Positions 26,375 to 40,024 of a DNA stretch of 64,000 nucleotides are shown one piece after another; positions within the stretch are counted from its first letter, which is position 1, and each line of letters begins with the position of its first letter. Below the pieces are notes generated by a model. That model did not search any database. It saw only the letters and a list, made by a program, of their open reading frames with translations, and was not told the DNA's origin. The DNA is from Eledone cirrhosa (lineage: Eukaryota): contig OZ024740.1 in NCBI GenBank assembly GCA_964016885.1, positions 118,358,001-118,422,000 of the forward strand, in the 5' to 3' direction. The position numbers and the translations under genes are program-made.

Positions 26375-26380
<6 letters not shown>
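25946..26380. repeat. ~200-bp-arm fold-back insertion, probably a PLE terminus
   Basis: ~25976-26170 is the reverse complement of ~26188-26380. The left arm has an extra ~30-nt tail, and both sides abut (TA)n. Confidence 0.8.
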
Positions 26381-26442
<62 letters not shown>

Positions 26443-26449
<7 letters not shown>

Positions 26450-26796
26450 AAGAAATTAAAAGATGGCTAAAAAAGTTCCATATATTTTATTATGCGCATG
26501 TCGATGACAACATCATCCTGGGACAAAAATTGTGTTCTAAACAGATAAAATAAGGTAACATGATATGAGACCTAAAAGCACTTGTGAACAAGAAAGTGTC
26601 CATTCATCATATGTTGACTGCACACTTTCTTGTCCCAGGATGATGTTGTTTTCGAAATGCCCATAATAAAATATATGGAACTTTTTTAACCATCTTTTAA
26701 TTTCTTCTTTATATATACTCCAGTTCTACCAACGGTTGAGTGCTACTTATCTGATATATGCATAGTTTTATTGTTCTACAATATTACTCACCTCCT
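26443..26796 (+). mobile_element. PLE terminus with inverted tail-less arm (26443-26527) and tailed arm (26629-26796)
   Basis: ~85-bp inverted arms, a hammerhead-like GAAAT-GCGC-ATA consensus with AATAAA, and the tail hairpin at 26717-26741. Confidence 0.7.
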
Positions 26797-26830
26797 ACAC
26801 GCACACACACACACATATATATATATATAT

Positions 26831-27026
26831 AGGAACCAGTAAGACCCCAACGGCTGAGCTCAAGCCGTTTCGACGGCTAATTCGACGGCTAATTAGAATT
26901 AGCCGTCGAAACGGCTTGAGCTCAGCCGTCGGGGTCTTACTGGTTCCTACTACCCACTCTACTACCCCAAGTATTGAGTACTTTGGTGCGTTATGGTCCA
27001 CCTGGTTCCTTACCACATTTCCTTCG

Positions 27027-27115
<89 letters not shown>

Positions 27116-27303
27116 AACCAGTAAGACCCCGACAGCTGAGCTCAAGCCGTTTCGACGGCTAATTCAGTCCAGAATTAGCCGTCGAAACGGCTTGAGCTCA
27201 GCTGTCGGGGTCTTACTGGTTCCTATTACCCACTCTACTACCTCAAGTATTGAGTACTTTGGTGCGTTATGGTCCACCTGGTTCCTTACCACATTTCCTT
27301 CGT
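26831..27303 (+). mobile_element. Two copies (26831-27027, 27111-27303) of a short fold-back PLE terminus
   Basis: Each is a ~115-bp near-perfect palindrome plus a ~80-nt tail within (TA)n. Each contains the 3' half of a hammerhead: GAAACGGCT..AGCCGTC-GGGGTC. Confidence 0.8.
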
Positions 27304-27309
27304 TATATA

Positions 27310-27498
<189 letters not shown>

Positions 27499-27524
27499 TT
27501 ATATATATATATAGAGAGAGAGAG

Positions 27525-28019
<495 letters not shown>

Positions 28020-28195
28020 GGGGTAACAAATAATAGTTAAATGCAGTCCACTTAGGTATAGTCCAGTTATGGTATTCCAGGTAGTGGAATAATTACAATG
28101 CCATAATTACGATTAGCACGCTTATCTCTTTGCATGTATGTATATTTTTTTACGAGTGTATATTGATGTGTATGTATGTGTCTATGTACACTTGC

Positions 28196-28325
<130 letters not shown>

Positions 28326-28870
28326 ATAAATATATGCGTATATTAGCTCCTTAACCTCTGTATTAACTCAACAACTATTTAGCTTTGACAGTGTTGTCCC
28401 ACTCATGTATGTTATTGAAGATGAAAAGAAAGACTGTAAACACTGGCTTATCTTTATAATTTAAAATTGATACACACTTCGATACTCTGTACATGCCGAA
28501 CTTTTACTTTTGCCTCATGACAGCTAGTTTTACACGCCGTAATCTTAGATACACTATACCCCCCACCTAAGTAATGTCAGGGTCTCCTCAAATAATTTAT
28601 TAATAGCATTGTTGTAATTGTTGTTATTGTTCTAACTGAATGCCATTACTACTTCATATAGTAGCCTGTATATTCTTTTCTTGCCTGTGTATTCTCTTCA
28701 TTCTCGCATGCTCCGAAGAACTGACTGGTTATAATTTTGTATTGGCGATCGAGTAACGTGAAAATAAGCGAATAACGATCTCTAGACCTACCAGTTCAGA
28801 GAAACAATTGTCAGCTATGAGATTAAAAACTTTTTTTGTATAGCAAACCATGTCAACCTTCTTTCCTGAT

Positions 28871-28945
<75 letters not shown>

Positions 28946-29114
28946 ATATATAAGTATGTATATAGGTACATATATATATATATGTGTGTGCATGCATGTA
29001 TATATATACATACTACTGTACGTCTGTATACATATATGTATGTACGTATACATACTTATATTTAAGTAACAGCCGTACTAAGAGTGAGAAATGAAATTTC
29101 GTTTCATTTTTTCC

Positions 29115-29174
<60 letters not shown>

Positions 29175-29177
<3 letters not shown>

Positions 29178-29722
29178 TTACTGCTAGAAAATACACCCGT
29201 TATGGAATAGAAGGAAAAACTTGTTGACGAAGTAAACTCCTTTGTTCTGTCGTCAAAAGCCATTAACTTGCAGACCATTGCTAGTGGAATTTGTCGATCT
29301 CGGATTTACAGAAACCTAGCGGAGATGTTGTATGTTATATGTGATGTATATTGTATGCTATACGTTATGTGTTGCATTTGATGTCTACGCCACGGTCCAG
29401 GTCAGTCAAAACTTTTCCTGAGTTCAGTTTTTTTCGTCGCTATGTCAATGCGGCCCGATTATCGGTCGCTGTAATTGATTTGCAAAGCTGTCTAAACATA
29501 ATGGGGTAATAATCTCCATTGAGTGCTTAGCTGCACACCGAATCTGCATTCGTTACCTTGGCTGTTGCCAAAAGCTTCGTTGATACTGTACTAAAATGTG
29601 TATTATTAACTCCTAGAATTAACGATTAACTGATTAATTTAATTAGACAATTCTATTGATTGATTAATTGTTTATGTTTGTTTGATAACTTCTAGTTGAG
29701 TGCTTAATTCGGTTTGTCTAGG
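29175..29722 (+). mobile_element. Probable PLE terminus
   Basis: Starts at (TA)n and carries ACTC-CTAGAA...TTCTAG-TT-GAGT-GCT (29609-29704). No intact hammerhead was seen. Confidence 0.4.
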
Positions 29723-30377
29723 AAGGTTGATGTTAGGAAGGGCATCCAGCTGTAGAAATCAAGTCAGAATCAGTTCCCATCCAACCCTTGCAAGCAGGGA
29801 AATGATGATGATGATGATGATAACATATTATATATATATATATGATGTATATATATATATATGATTATATATATATATGAAGTATATATTGTAATAATAA
29901 TAATATTATTAATAATATTTAAACAAAGGCATCTGAAGAACCGATGTATCTCCAACAGATTTCTCACTCACTCAATGCTTTAATTAAGCCAACATCATTA
30001 AGATACCAACCAAAAAAGAAAAGCACAATACACACTGATACGTTAAATAGGGAGAGAAACGATTTCATATGGGTAGAGAATTTAATTCTCTGTCCCCAGA
30101 CTAATGCACTAGTTTTTTCTACCCCTCTGCATGCAGAGAAATTAGGTAATGTTATTAAGCATTACATAATCGGCTAAGAGTAGCCTCGTCGGTGAGGAGT
30201 TAGTCTCCTCAGAACCAGTCAAACACCAGCCCACTGTATTTGGTGTGGAATCGCCATTACAGTAGTCAGTGCGACTTCCTCATCATCATCATCATCGTCG
30301 TCATCATCGTTTAACATCTATCTTCCATGCTAGCATGGGTAGGACTTTATATATCTATAAATATATATATATATATA

Positions 30378-30418
<41 letters not shown>

Positions 30419-31250
30419 GTAACATTCTAACAGCAATCCTTGTAGTTTTAGTTTCTTAAGTCAGAAGCTTCTTCAGTTACCCAGTATACTAACATTCTCA
30501 TTATTAAGCTGATATTTGGAATATAACTTAAATGTTTGTACATACAAATTTCATGGAACTATTTCTTGTCAAATAAAAAGACTTTAAAATAAACAGTTCT
30601 GTATTGATATCAGAAAGATTAAATTCTAACTCTCAGCATTGCCACTCTAACTAAATTTTGAGTGTTCTGTTTTTACTGTTGAAACATTTTTAGAAATAGC
30701 CTCTTATACTTATTTTCAGGCATTCCTTTAACTACAATTAAAGCTTAGAGAGTTTTTTTTTTCGCTGGAATAAAAGGCAGCCATATAAAAAAAATATAAA
30801 TAATTGATTCTGATTCTGAGTAGTGTCAGTGTCAGTAATTTCAAGAAGCTGAATAGAACTTAAAGAACAAAATAGAACAACAATCAAATATTAGTAGTAA
30901 AATAAGTAAGTACCTTAATGGCTCCACCTAGTCTAATTATTTCTCATAACTGGTAAAATATTACTGGGCACAAAACTTAAGTTTTCTATTAGGCCACAAT
31001 TAATTCAACTATAAATTTATCTATTTTTATTGAGAAGATTGTACAGATTTAATGTAATTTAAGTTTAAATTGGTAATTACTACACTGAATTCAACAGAAA
31101 AATAAAATTATTACAGCATAGATAATTTCTAGAAAGCCTATCATTATTATTGTCTACACATCTATTTTTCATGATACAATGATTCAGAGATCGTTATTAT
31201 GACTGCATATCTATTTATGATTTTGTTTGTCTGCCTCTCTCTCTCTCCTC

Positions 31251-31320
<70 letters not shown>

Positions 31321-31839
31321 GTGTGTGTGTATATACATATATATTTATAGCAACATTTAATATAAAAATGGCATCTATAGGACTAGAACTGTTACACTCG
31401 TATATATTGTTCCCTTTGCTTTTGATGGACATTGCCAGGTGGCGGAAGCAACTGGTGTTTTTGCATAGCTACAGCTTTCTAAATATTTATTTATAAATAC
31501 GAAACTTCAAAACATATCTGTATGCAGCTATGTTCGAAGCTAAATCCTAATTCTATTCTATTAAAAGTTGAGCCAACTTATATAGCTTCATATGCAAATG
31601 AGATTAATGACCTCATTTACACAGACAAGAAAAATATATATTCACGCTCTTTTTCAAAGTCCGGCAGTTGCAAGAGTGGGTGGGATGATCTTGACGAGAA
31701 CTAGTTCAATTCGAAATGCGCAATCGATCATTGTGCCCTTTGCTTCCACTGGTGTTTTTGCATAGATACGACTTTATCAGCATCTTCATCATTGTTTAAT
31801 GTATGTCCATCCTTATGTTAATTTTGTGCATAAAGAATG

Positions 31840-33485
31840 GGTAGCAGATAGCGATATGACCACCAGATAAGATGGCTAGTTGCGATTTAAGTTGGCAATT
31901 GCTGAAAGAATAATTAACTGCGGACCAACACTGGTAAACTGCTAGGGTAAATAGAGCAATGGATGACATCTGCAGTTCCCAAGCAAACTCTTACAACCCA
32001 ATGACGGAGTTACAAGGCAAGTAAAGGCTGCCTCTAAACAGCCTAGTTTTTGCGGTTTGGCAAAGAATTAGATTGGTGACTGGCATGAATAAGACCACTG
32101 AAACTGAAACTGTAATATGATGAGGAAAACAAAAAAGAACCACACCGCATGGTCCTTGACACGGGTTAATAAGGGACGCCTTAGGTAGAGGGTCCTCTTT
32201 GGAAAATATATTGTAGTCTTGATTGCATGCTGCAAAAACCAGCGATGAGCCTGCAACCAGTCCTGGGAGGCATAGGATGGATGCACAAAATTGCATGTCC
32301 CGATACACCAAAGAGGGTCCAGAAGGGTGCAAACCTTGACAGTGGGAACCTAGAACATCACAACCCTTACATGCAAAGAGCAAGAACTAATGGAGGAAGC
32401 TAGATGCTGCTGGCTAGAAAAAGACGGGTATCCTTAAAGTTTCATGAATCTGATACTGTAGATTTGATTGAAAAATGGAAATGCCTCTATTCAAATGTGG
32501 TGCCAGAAATGACTGCACAGATGAGTGTGGGGATACTCACAAAGCCCTGCTCTCAGAATGTGTTATGGACTGGATCCCATTAGGAGGAAGGATTTGCCAC
32601 TTGAAGCTTAGGCTGAAAGATAGATCCCTGTGGGTGGTGTTAGTTTATGTAGCAAACAAGGAGTCCAAATACAGGTCCTTCCTTAATAATGTCACAGCAG
32701 TGTTAGATGTAGTTATGACTGAGTCATATATCCTGATGGGAGAATTTAATGCATATGTTGGCACTGAACACCTGACATGGAAAGCAGTGATTGGAAGGAA
32801 TGGTGACACTGATCTAAATATGAATGGAGAGGCCTCACTAGACTTCTGTTATAGTAATGGACTCTCTATTATGCTTGGAAATAAGTCATCCTTCTTGCAA
32901 TTGTGGTACAAGCAGGCATGAATAATTGCAGCAGAGACAGTAAAGGTATCCAAACTTAACACCTGGAAAAATTTTGGGCTTAAGCTGGAATCCCACTTCA
33001 GATCAGGAAATAAAGTGTTCTGGCAGATCATCCATCCACTTTGTAATAAGAAACCATCCACCACATCTGCTATCAAGAAAGTGTCTAGGGTTCTCCTCTC
33101 ATCAGAAAGGTGCATCCTTGCATAATGAAGAGAATATTTTGTTGATCTCCTAAACCTGATTAAAGCAGCATATTCTGATGTACATGAAGTGCATTTGTGT
33201 GCAGTGACTAACCTATCAGAGGCTGAGGTCACAAGACCTGTTATAAATCTCAAATGTGGTAAGTCCGCTGGGGAAGATAAAATTCGGACCGAGCTATTAA
33301 AAGCCTTACATAGAGAAGGTATTCTTTAGCTGACTCATGTATACCAGGTGGCATGTATCTCTGGAAAGGTACCTAAGCAATTGCAATTAGGAGTAATAAT
33401 CCCAATCTTTAAAATGAGGGACAAGAGTTTGTCCAAATTACAGAGAGATCTCCTTGTTAAGTCTCCCTGGTAAAGTCTATACCCA
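31840..33485 (+). mobile_element. RTE LINE 5' part: UTR, APE endonuclease relic and start of RT
   Basis: RICHLKLRLKDRSL..V..Y...ILMGEFNAYVG...WKAVIGRNG..DLN.NG...LDFC..NGLSIM, then GKSAGEDKIRTELLKA and IIPIFK. Confidence 0.8.
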
Positions 33486-33699
33486 AGGGGCAGATTGGGG
33501 AATGGCCTTGCTGTGGTAAGCTGTGAATATGGAGATAAGCAGTCCTAGACTAACCCATGTGTAACCCTTTGACAAGGCCTAATACCAAAGAGCCAACCTG
33601 TTAGGGTTACAAGAAAGCTATGTCTTTGCAGTGTGGTGGATGTTCAACTAAGGCAGAAGAATTCAAGTCAGAATCAATGACACTTTTCATTTGGAAAGT

Positions 33700-34212
33700 C
33701 TACTGAGATCCCTATTAATCCAGTTGAAAAGATTATTTATCCTGAACTGGAGATTCAGCTGAGAGCATTCTCTAAAGATGAACTTGAAACAGTGAAGAAC
33801 TGTAGGCAGAAGGACTGGATAAAATTTCTCCCAAGTTATGGAAGGCAAAACCTGGCTATATGGCACATGTGTGTGGTAAGCAATTCTGCATGGTAGTAAG
33901 GAAAGGACAGTGAATGCAGAGGATATGTGAAGGCTGGAGAAATTTGAAGTGAACATGCTTTGATAGATGTGCAATGTTTATGTGCAAGAAAAACGAGTGC
34001 TAGGTGAAGAATTGCCAAGACAGTCCAGTGAAAGGAAGCCACAGCAGGGGAAAACCAAGGAAGGTCTGGGGAAAGGGGGTGCGAGCTGGATTTCAAATCA
34101 CTGAAGCTCACAAGGAAGTGATGAAAGACTGTAACAAGTGGAGAAAGGCTGTACTGGAAAAAACCTGTCTGACCCATGGAAGTATGGAAAAGTAGGCATG
34201 TGATGATGATGA
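33700..34212 (+). mobile_element. Old RTE 3' fragment with (GAT)n tail
   Basis: G...RGKPRKVW...KWR.AV.EKT and acccatgg...tggaaaa...gatgatgat. Confidence 0.65.
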
Positions 34213-34615
34213 TATATATAAACACATACACCTACATATATGAGTGCTGGAATGTGTGATTTTATGTAAGATAGAGTATAATACATATGAATTATTCGCC
34301 ATTTATGACATGTTTTCAGGGCTGAAATAGTTTCTTAAAGTTTCTTAATATTTCTTCACAATTATTTTTCTGACAAACATGTTCTGTTTCCAAGATCATT
34401 CAACTTTTTCATCCTACATGCTACAATTATTTGTTATATACCTGATCGTCGTGGAAATATGTTTTTATCCTGTAGACATCTATAAATGTCTTTGATGTTC
34501 AGTCATCTTCCTCACTCCACAGATGTTCTTCATTTGCTATCAATTAACATTTAATTTGCAACAGAAAAATATTCCTTTCATTCTTAACTATAAGTTAAGA
34601 TCACATATATATATA

Positions 34616-34950
34616 TGATGTATGTCTGTTGAAAAAGTATCAAAGCCTAGGCTAGGGGAAAATATTACATGCATGATAGGGTTCAACAGACCACATGATG
34701 TCCAATCAACCTTCAAAGCAGGATCCTTTCTATAATATCTTCATTTTTGGTAACAATCAGAAGTCCAAAAGAGCCATTTCTAAAGAGTAGGGAGACTGGT
34801 GTATATGCAAAATGTTTTTTGTTGTCAAGAAACCTCCAATGAATGATCTTGAGTGTTGTCATGATGCAGCTGCCAGTTTTGAGTGACTTTACATAGCTGA
34901 TACCTTGCACTGAACTGCATCACTAAGATGTCAGAAACTTCCTGGCAGTA
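34616..34950 (-). mobile_element. Mariner transposase C-terminal relic with one terminal repeat
   Basis: Minus frames give WQLHHDN..DH and HQSPYSLEMALLDF*LLPKMK (HHDNA / HPPYSPDLAPxDF motifs). The end gtctgttgaaaaagtatc resembles a mariner TIR. Confidence 0.7.
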
Positions 34951-34989
34951 CTCCTTTGTAACACTTTGCTCATTTTATGCATATTCATA

Positions 34990-35950
34990 GAGTCCTCTGA
35001 AGTTATGAATGTTTGCTCTATTATAATTTCTATGTGGCTATATATGATGACTGACATTTTCGTAATGTGTAGTGTTGTTTGATGTTTAGTTACTAGTTTG
35101 TTTTATTAATGATAAAGAATCCTCTCCCATCATGTGACAGTAAACTTTTGTGATATATTGATGAAAGATTTTATAAAGTGAAGAATGTGAATCTTTCTGT
35201 AAAATGATAAAGATGAAATGTTGAGCTCAATGTTATGTTTGCTGCCTGGTAGATGGACTTTGGACTAAGGATTTACAGATGTAGCTGTGTAGGTCAAATA
35301 AAGCCCATCAAATCTGTGACAAGTAGTTCAGTAGCAACTGTGGGCCTCATATCTATGACTTTTGTAACAGAGTTGGCGTGGTCAATGTTTTTGTTAAAGT
35401 GATTGTAATAATAAGAATTCGTGTAGCAGTACTTAACCAGAATCCAAAGGTAGGTGTCACTTGGGAATACAGGTGGATCAATTGGAGACAATTATTTCTG
35501 ACAAGACCTATTGAAACAGTAAGAGGAATTGGGGGGATTTGAGTCTGAGATATTAACATGTGTAATTCAGTTGTTGTAACATTGGTCAAAACATTTCATA
35601 ATCGCAGTAATAAAGTGCTAGTAATTAGGGAAAATTTTAATTTCAGGTCTGAATTCTCTTGGATATATTGATGGAGCTGTGTATGAAGGTGTTGCAGAAG
35701 TTTATTAATCATGTAATTGTGTATGGAAGTTGCTGAGTTTTTATAGCTAGCCTAGCTAAAACATTAAGGTTGGTGGATGTTCTTGATTGTATTGGGAGTG
35801 ACACTGCATCTCAAACAATGTTTTGGGAAATTAATCTGGCATTCAATCTTTGCCTGTTTCTCTGATAGATGGAATAAATTTATCATGATAGTAAATTTAG
35901 CCTTGCTCAGAGATAATGATATTAGAGGAGTATAGTTGATATGAAGCATT
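34990..35950 (-). mobile_element. Heavily decayed Penelope-like ORF N-terminal region
   Basis: Fragments resembling CL...VTP and P.TAT...KVH.PG (LPKIHK-like). Weak evidence. Confidence 0.35.
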
Positions 35951-36287
35951 GGGAAATAGATGTAAAAGTGTTTAAGAAAATCATTTCAATGCAAGTCATG
36001 ATGTTATATTTGAAAATATTTCTACTTATAAAATATTTCCACAGATGAAACAAAGAGAACTTAGATAGATCATGTAAGAGATGGTGATGTAGGGAACTCT
36101 GACTGTATTGAATTCCTCACAACTAATCATCTTCATCTGAAGATTGTGTCTGGGCATCAAACTATGAGTATATATCATCATTGATTTTCCATCCATTTTT
36201 CCATTCTCGCATGGGTTTGATTATTCCTTCTCACCACATCATCTCTCTAAATCTCTCTCTCTTTCTCTCTCTCTCTATATATATATG

Positions 36288-39200
36288 TATCATCATCATC
36301 ATCATCATCTTCGTTTAACGTCCAGCTAGCATGGGTTAGATGGGAGTTGTCCCATTTGAAACAAGGTTGGTCGGGTGACCGCGTCTCGCTCCTATAGGAC
36401 TATCTGACGGGTTTTCTACAGCTGGATGCCTTTCCTAACACCAACCACATTTACAGTGTGGAACTGGGAACTTTTTACCGTGTTACCTACACGGCCACAT
36501 TAGAGCGTGGAATGTGTGCTTTTTTCTCGTGACACCTACTCGATCTTTATCTCATTATCTCATTTATTTGGACTGGATGTTGTGGTACTAAACTTACAGA
36601 GAGAGGGTGGTTTTTGGTGGGAGTGGGAGCATAGGGTAGGGGTAGTGCTTTGGGGTGTATATTTGGTTAAGAGGTGCCTACTGACTGTAGGTTTCGCTTT
36701 GTACATAGGCAAGGTGGGTCTTCTGTATTACTGCGTATCTCCAAAGATCTTGGTCCAGTGACAGTGTTAGAGAGGTGCAAGTGTGTAAGGTCGGAATTTA
36801 TCAGATCGTCCCAGGTTTTTCTGGGTTTACCTACTCCAGAACTACCATCAATTTTGATCGCCCTGTACTTTTTTACACAGCTGTCGTCTTTCATGTGAAT
36901 CACGTGGCCATACCAACGTAGTCTTCTCTGAACTAAACAGCATCCGATCCCTCTTATTCCTAATTTCTCAGTTAGTTCATTTATGCTTTGCCGTTCACGT
37001 ATATTACTATTACACATCCAACGAATTGTAATGTCATTGGAGAGAAGTGTATCCGGATTGATAAAGGTGAGCTTGCCCTCACAAGTGCTGAGAGGAAATA
37101 TGCATGGAAGAGCCATTATGATAGATTACTAAATGAGGAGAATGCATGGGAAGAAGAGACACTACCCCAAGTAGACCCTATAGAGGGGCCAGCAGTACAA
37201 GTCAGCAGCAGCGTAGTAAGTTAGGCAATCAAAGATATGTAGATGGGGAAGGCAAACGGTCCATCGGGAATAGCTGCCGAGATTCTTAAGGCATCTGGGT
37301 CTGTAGGTCACACTATAACCACACATATTTTTAACCAGATAATACAAGAAGATGTCATACCAAAAGATTGGTGCATAGCATCATTGTCAACTGCTACATA
37401 GGTAAAGGTGATGCACTACATAGAGGAAACTATAGAGGTATAAAGCTGATGGACCAGGTCATGAAAGTAACAGAAAGAGTTATAGCACAGTTGATTAGGG
37501 ACCGGGTGAAACTAGATGAGATGCAATTTGGGTTTGTACCAGGAAGAGGCACCACTGATGCCCTCTTCCTTGTGAGGCAGTTACAGGAAAAGCACCTAGC
37601 TAAGAGTAAGCCACTCTACCTGGCATTCGTCGATCTCAAGAAAGCCTTTGACAGAGTTTCACGTGCTATAATCTGGTGGACTTTTAGAAAACTAGGAGTA
37701 GATGAATGGCTTGTGAAAGCTGTACAAGCCATGTATAGGGGAGCAGTCAGCAAAGTTAGGATTAGCAATGAGTATAGCGAGGAATTTAGCGTACAGGTTG
37801 GTGTCCACCAGGGCTCTGTTCTTAGCTCTCTCCTGTTTGTCATAGTCCTGCAGGCAATGACGGAGGAGTTTAAGACCAGATGCCCATGGGAAATCCTGTA
37901 TGCAGATGACCTCGCACTTATAGCTGAATCCATGGTAGTATTAGAGAAGAAATTCCAAACTTGGAAGCAGGGACTAGAAAGAAAGGGTCTCAAAGTCAAC
38001 CTGACAAAGAGTAAGGTCCTTGTAAGTAGACTAGAAAACAGAACCCAGATCCCCTCAGGGAAATGGCCTTGCTCAGTATGTAGGAAAGGTGTAGGTAGGA
38101 ACTCCATTCACTGCCCCAAATGCAAACAATGGGTACACAAGAGATGTACGGGATCTCAGGAAGCTTAATTAAGAATGTAGGCTTCACATGTAGCAGCTCT
38201 GCTGGGACAGCAAGGAGCAAATAGCCACAGGAAACAAGTTCCACCAATCTCTGGGAGGGCTCTGTAGAAACGGTAGACAGCTTCTACTACCTAGGTGACC
38301 GAATTAGCAGCGGAGGTGGGTGTTCAGAAAGTACAATAACTAGGGTAAGAACGGGATGGAAGAAGTTCAGGGAACTACTGCCCCTGCTAGCTGCAAAAGG
38401 CTTTTCCTTCAAAATGAAAGGCAGACTGTATGATGCGTGTATACGAACAGCAATGTTACATGATAGTGAGACCTGGGCGCTGAAGGTGGAAGACTTACGT
38501 AGATTAGAGAGAAACGAAGCCTGCATGCTCCGATGGGTGTGTAATAGTAATATACGCGAACAGCAAAGCATAAATGAATTGAGAGAGAGACTGAGCATAA
38601 GAGGAATCAAATGCTGTGTGCAGGAGAGGCGGTTGCATTGGTCTGGACATGTGATGCGTATGAAGGATTACAACTGCATAAAAAGGTGCAGAGCACTAGA
38701 AGTCAATGGAAACCGCGGGGTGGGGAGACCTAAGAAGACCTGCGATGAGGTGATAAAAGCCGACCTTACCCAATTACTGGCGTTACGCAGTAATACAGCG
38801 TACCCGACCTCCCAAGGGTACAAGCTGAAGCATATAGACAACATGCCCCACACCCTCCCACTGCAAAGTGGTCGTGGAGGTGCCACGGCAAAAAAGCACC
38901 GAGCCCATACTGTAAAGTGGACGTGTAGGCGCCACGGAAAAAAGCACCCAGCACTCACTTTAAATGAGGTTGGTGTTAGGAGGAGCATCCTGCTGTAGAA
39001 ATCAAGCCAAAATCAGTTCCTGTATGAGCAAGGCATTGTCAGCCGACCAGACACTGCCCACAACAGGACAACCCGTCTAACCCATGCTAGCATGGAAGAA
39101 CGGATGTAAAATGGTGATGATGATGATGAGGATGATATCCAACGGAGCATGCATGCTTCGTTCCTTTCCAGTCTGCGCAGGTCCTCTGCGCATAATGCCC

Positions 39201-39712
39201 ATGTCTCACTGCCATGTAGCATTGCTGTTCGTATACAAGCATCATACAATCTGCCTTTCATTTTTGGAGAGAAACATTTTGTGGCCAACAGCGGTATAAG
39301 CTCTCTGAACTTTTTCCATCCCGTTCTGACTCTAGCTACTGTACTTTCAGAACACCCTCCACCACTGCTGATTTCGTCACCCAGGTAACGGAAAGTGTCT
39401 ACTATGTCTATAGAACCATCTGGGCAATAGAAGGAGCTAGTATCCTTTGGACACCTGCTACCTATTGCACCTGAGCATCAGCCACATATAAAGTCTACGT
39501 TCTTAGATAGTTTACCTGTGATTCCACTACATCTTTTATGTACCCATACTTTGCATTTGGGACATAAAATTGAATTTCTGCCTACAACTTTCCTACACAC
39601 TGAGCATGGACATTTCCCTGAGGATACCTGTGTCTTATTTTCCTTTCTGTAAACTAGGACTTTAGTCTTAGACAAGTTAACTTTAAGGCCTTTTGATTCT
39701 AGGCAATGCTTG
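36288..39712 (-). mobile_element. 5'-truncated RTE LINE interrupted by an antisense RTE copy
   Basis: The reading frame ACMLRW|MCNSNIRER is split between 39137 and 37023, with ATCCAACG duplicated at 37016-37023 and 39137-39144. Confidence 0.85.
37024..39136 (+). mobile_element. 5'-truncated RTE LINE (RT, PHD-like finger, 3' UTR, (GAT)n tail)
   Basis: NYRGIKL, QFGFVPGRGTTDA, AFVDLKKAFDRV, GVHQGSVLS, LYADDL. Bounded by an 8-bp TSD. Confidence 0.9.
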
Positions 39713-39890
39713 CATTATCGGTAGAGGGTCGGACATCATGCTTTGACGCATAGAATTACGGTCCTTTCCATTCTGGGTTCAAATCCCGCCGAGGTCAACT
39801 TTGCCTTTCATCCTTACGGGGTCGATAAAATAAAGTACCAGTTATGTACTGAGTAATTGCTGGCCTTGTGCCAAAAGTAGAAACAATTAT
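39713..39890 (+). mobile_element. tRNA-derived SINE
   Basis: Same family as 25175-25370. Confidence 0.85.
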
Positions 39891-40024
39891 CATCATCATC
39901 ATCATCCTCTTCGTTTAACGTCCATTTTCCATGCGAGCATGGGTTAGACGGGAGATTATAATCATATTATATTATATCATATTATATTAATTATACTAAT
40001 TATATTATAATATATTATATTATA

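Noticed and set aside
26831-27303. Repeated palindromes superficially like a CRISPR array or terminators
   Set aside because: Eukaryotic context, no unique spacers and no cas genes; explained as fold-back PLE termini.
28515-28555. Minus CTAAGA..AAAAC-TAGCT-GTC hammerhead-like string
   Set aside because: Both core halves are altered, so it cannot be distinguished from chance.
28765-28820. GAAACAATTGTC-agct hammerhead-like 3' half
   Set aside because: No CUGANGA (reads AATAACGA) and weak stems in a single copy.
29928-30195. CTGAAGA-accgat...atcggc-taagag-tagc-ctcgtc as a long-stem-II hammerhead
   Set aside because: GAAA is absent and stem I is poor.
31433-31770. Possible hAT-like relic (cagg/tggcggaagcaa...ttgcttccactg) with an 18-bp direct repeat
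   Set aside because: No 8-bp TSD and no clear transposase motif.
37616-38107. Long ORFs antisense to RTE copies
   Set aside because: They are shadows of the sense RT frame with no independent motifs.
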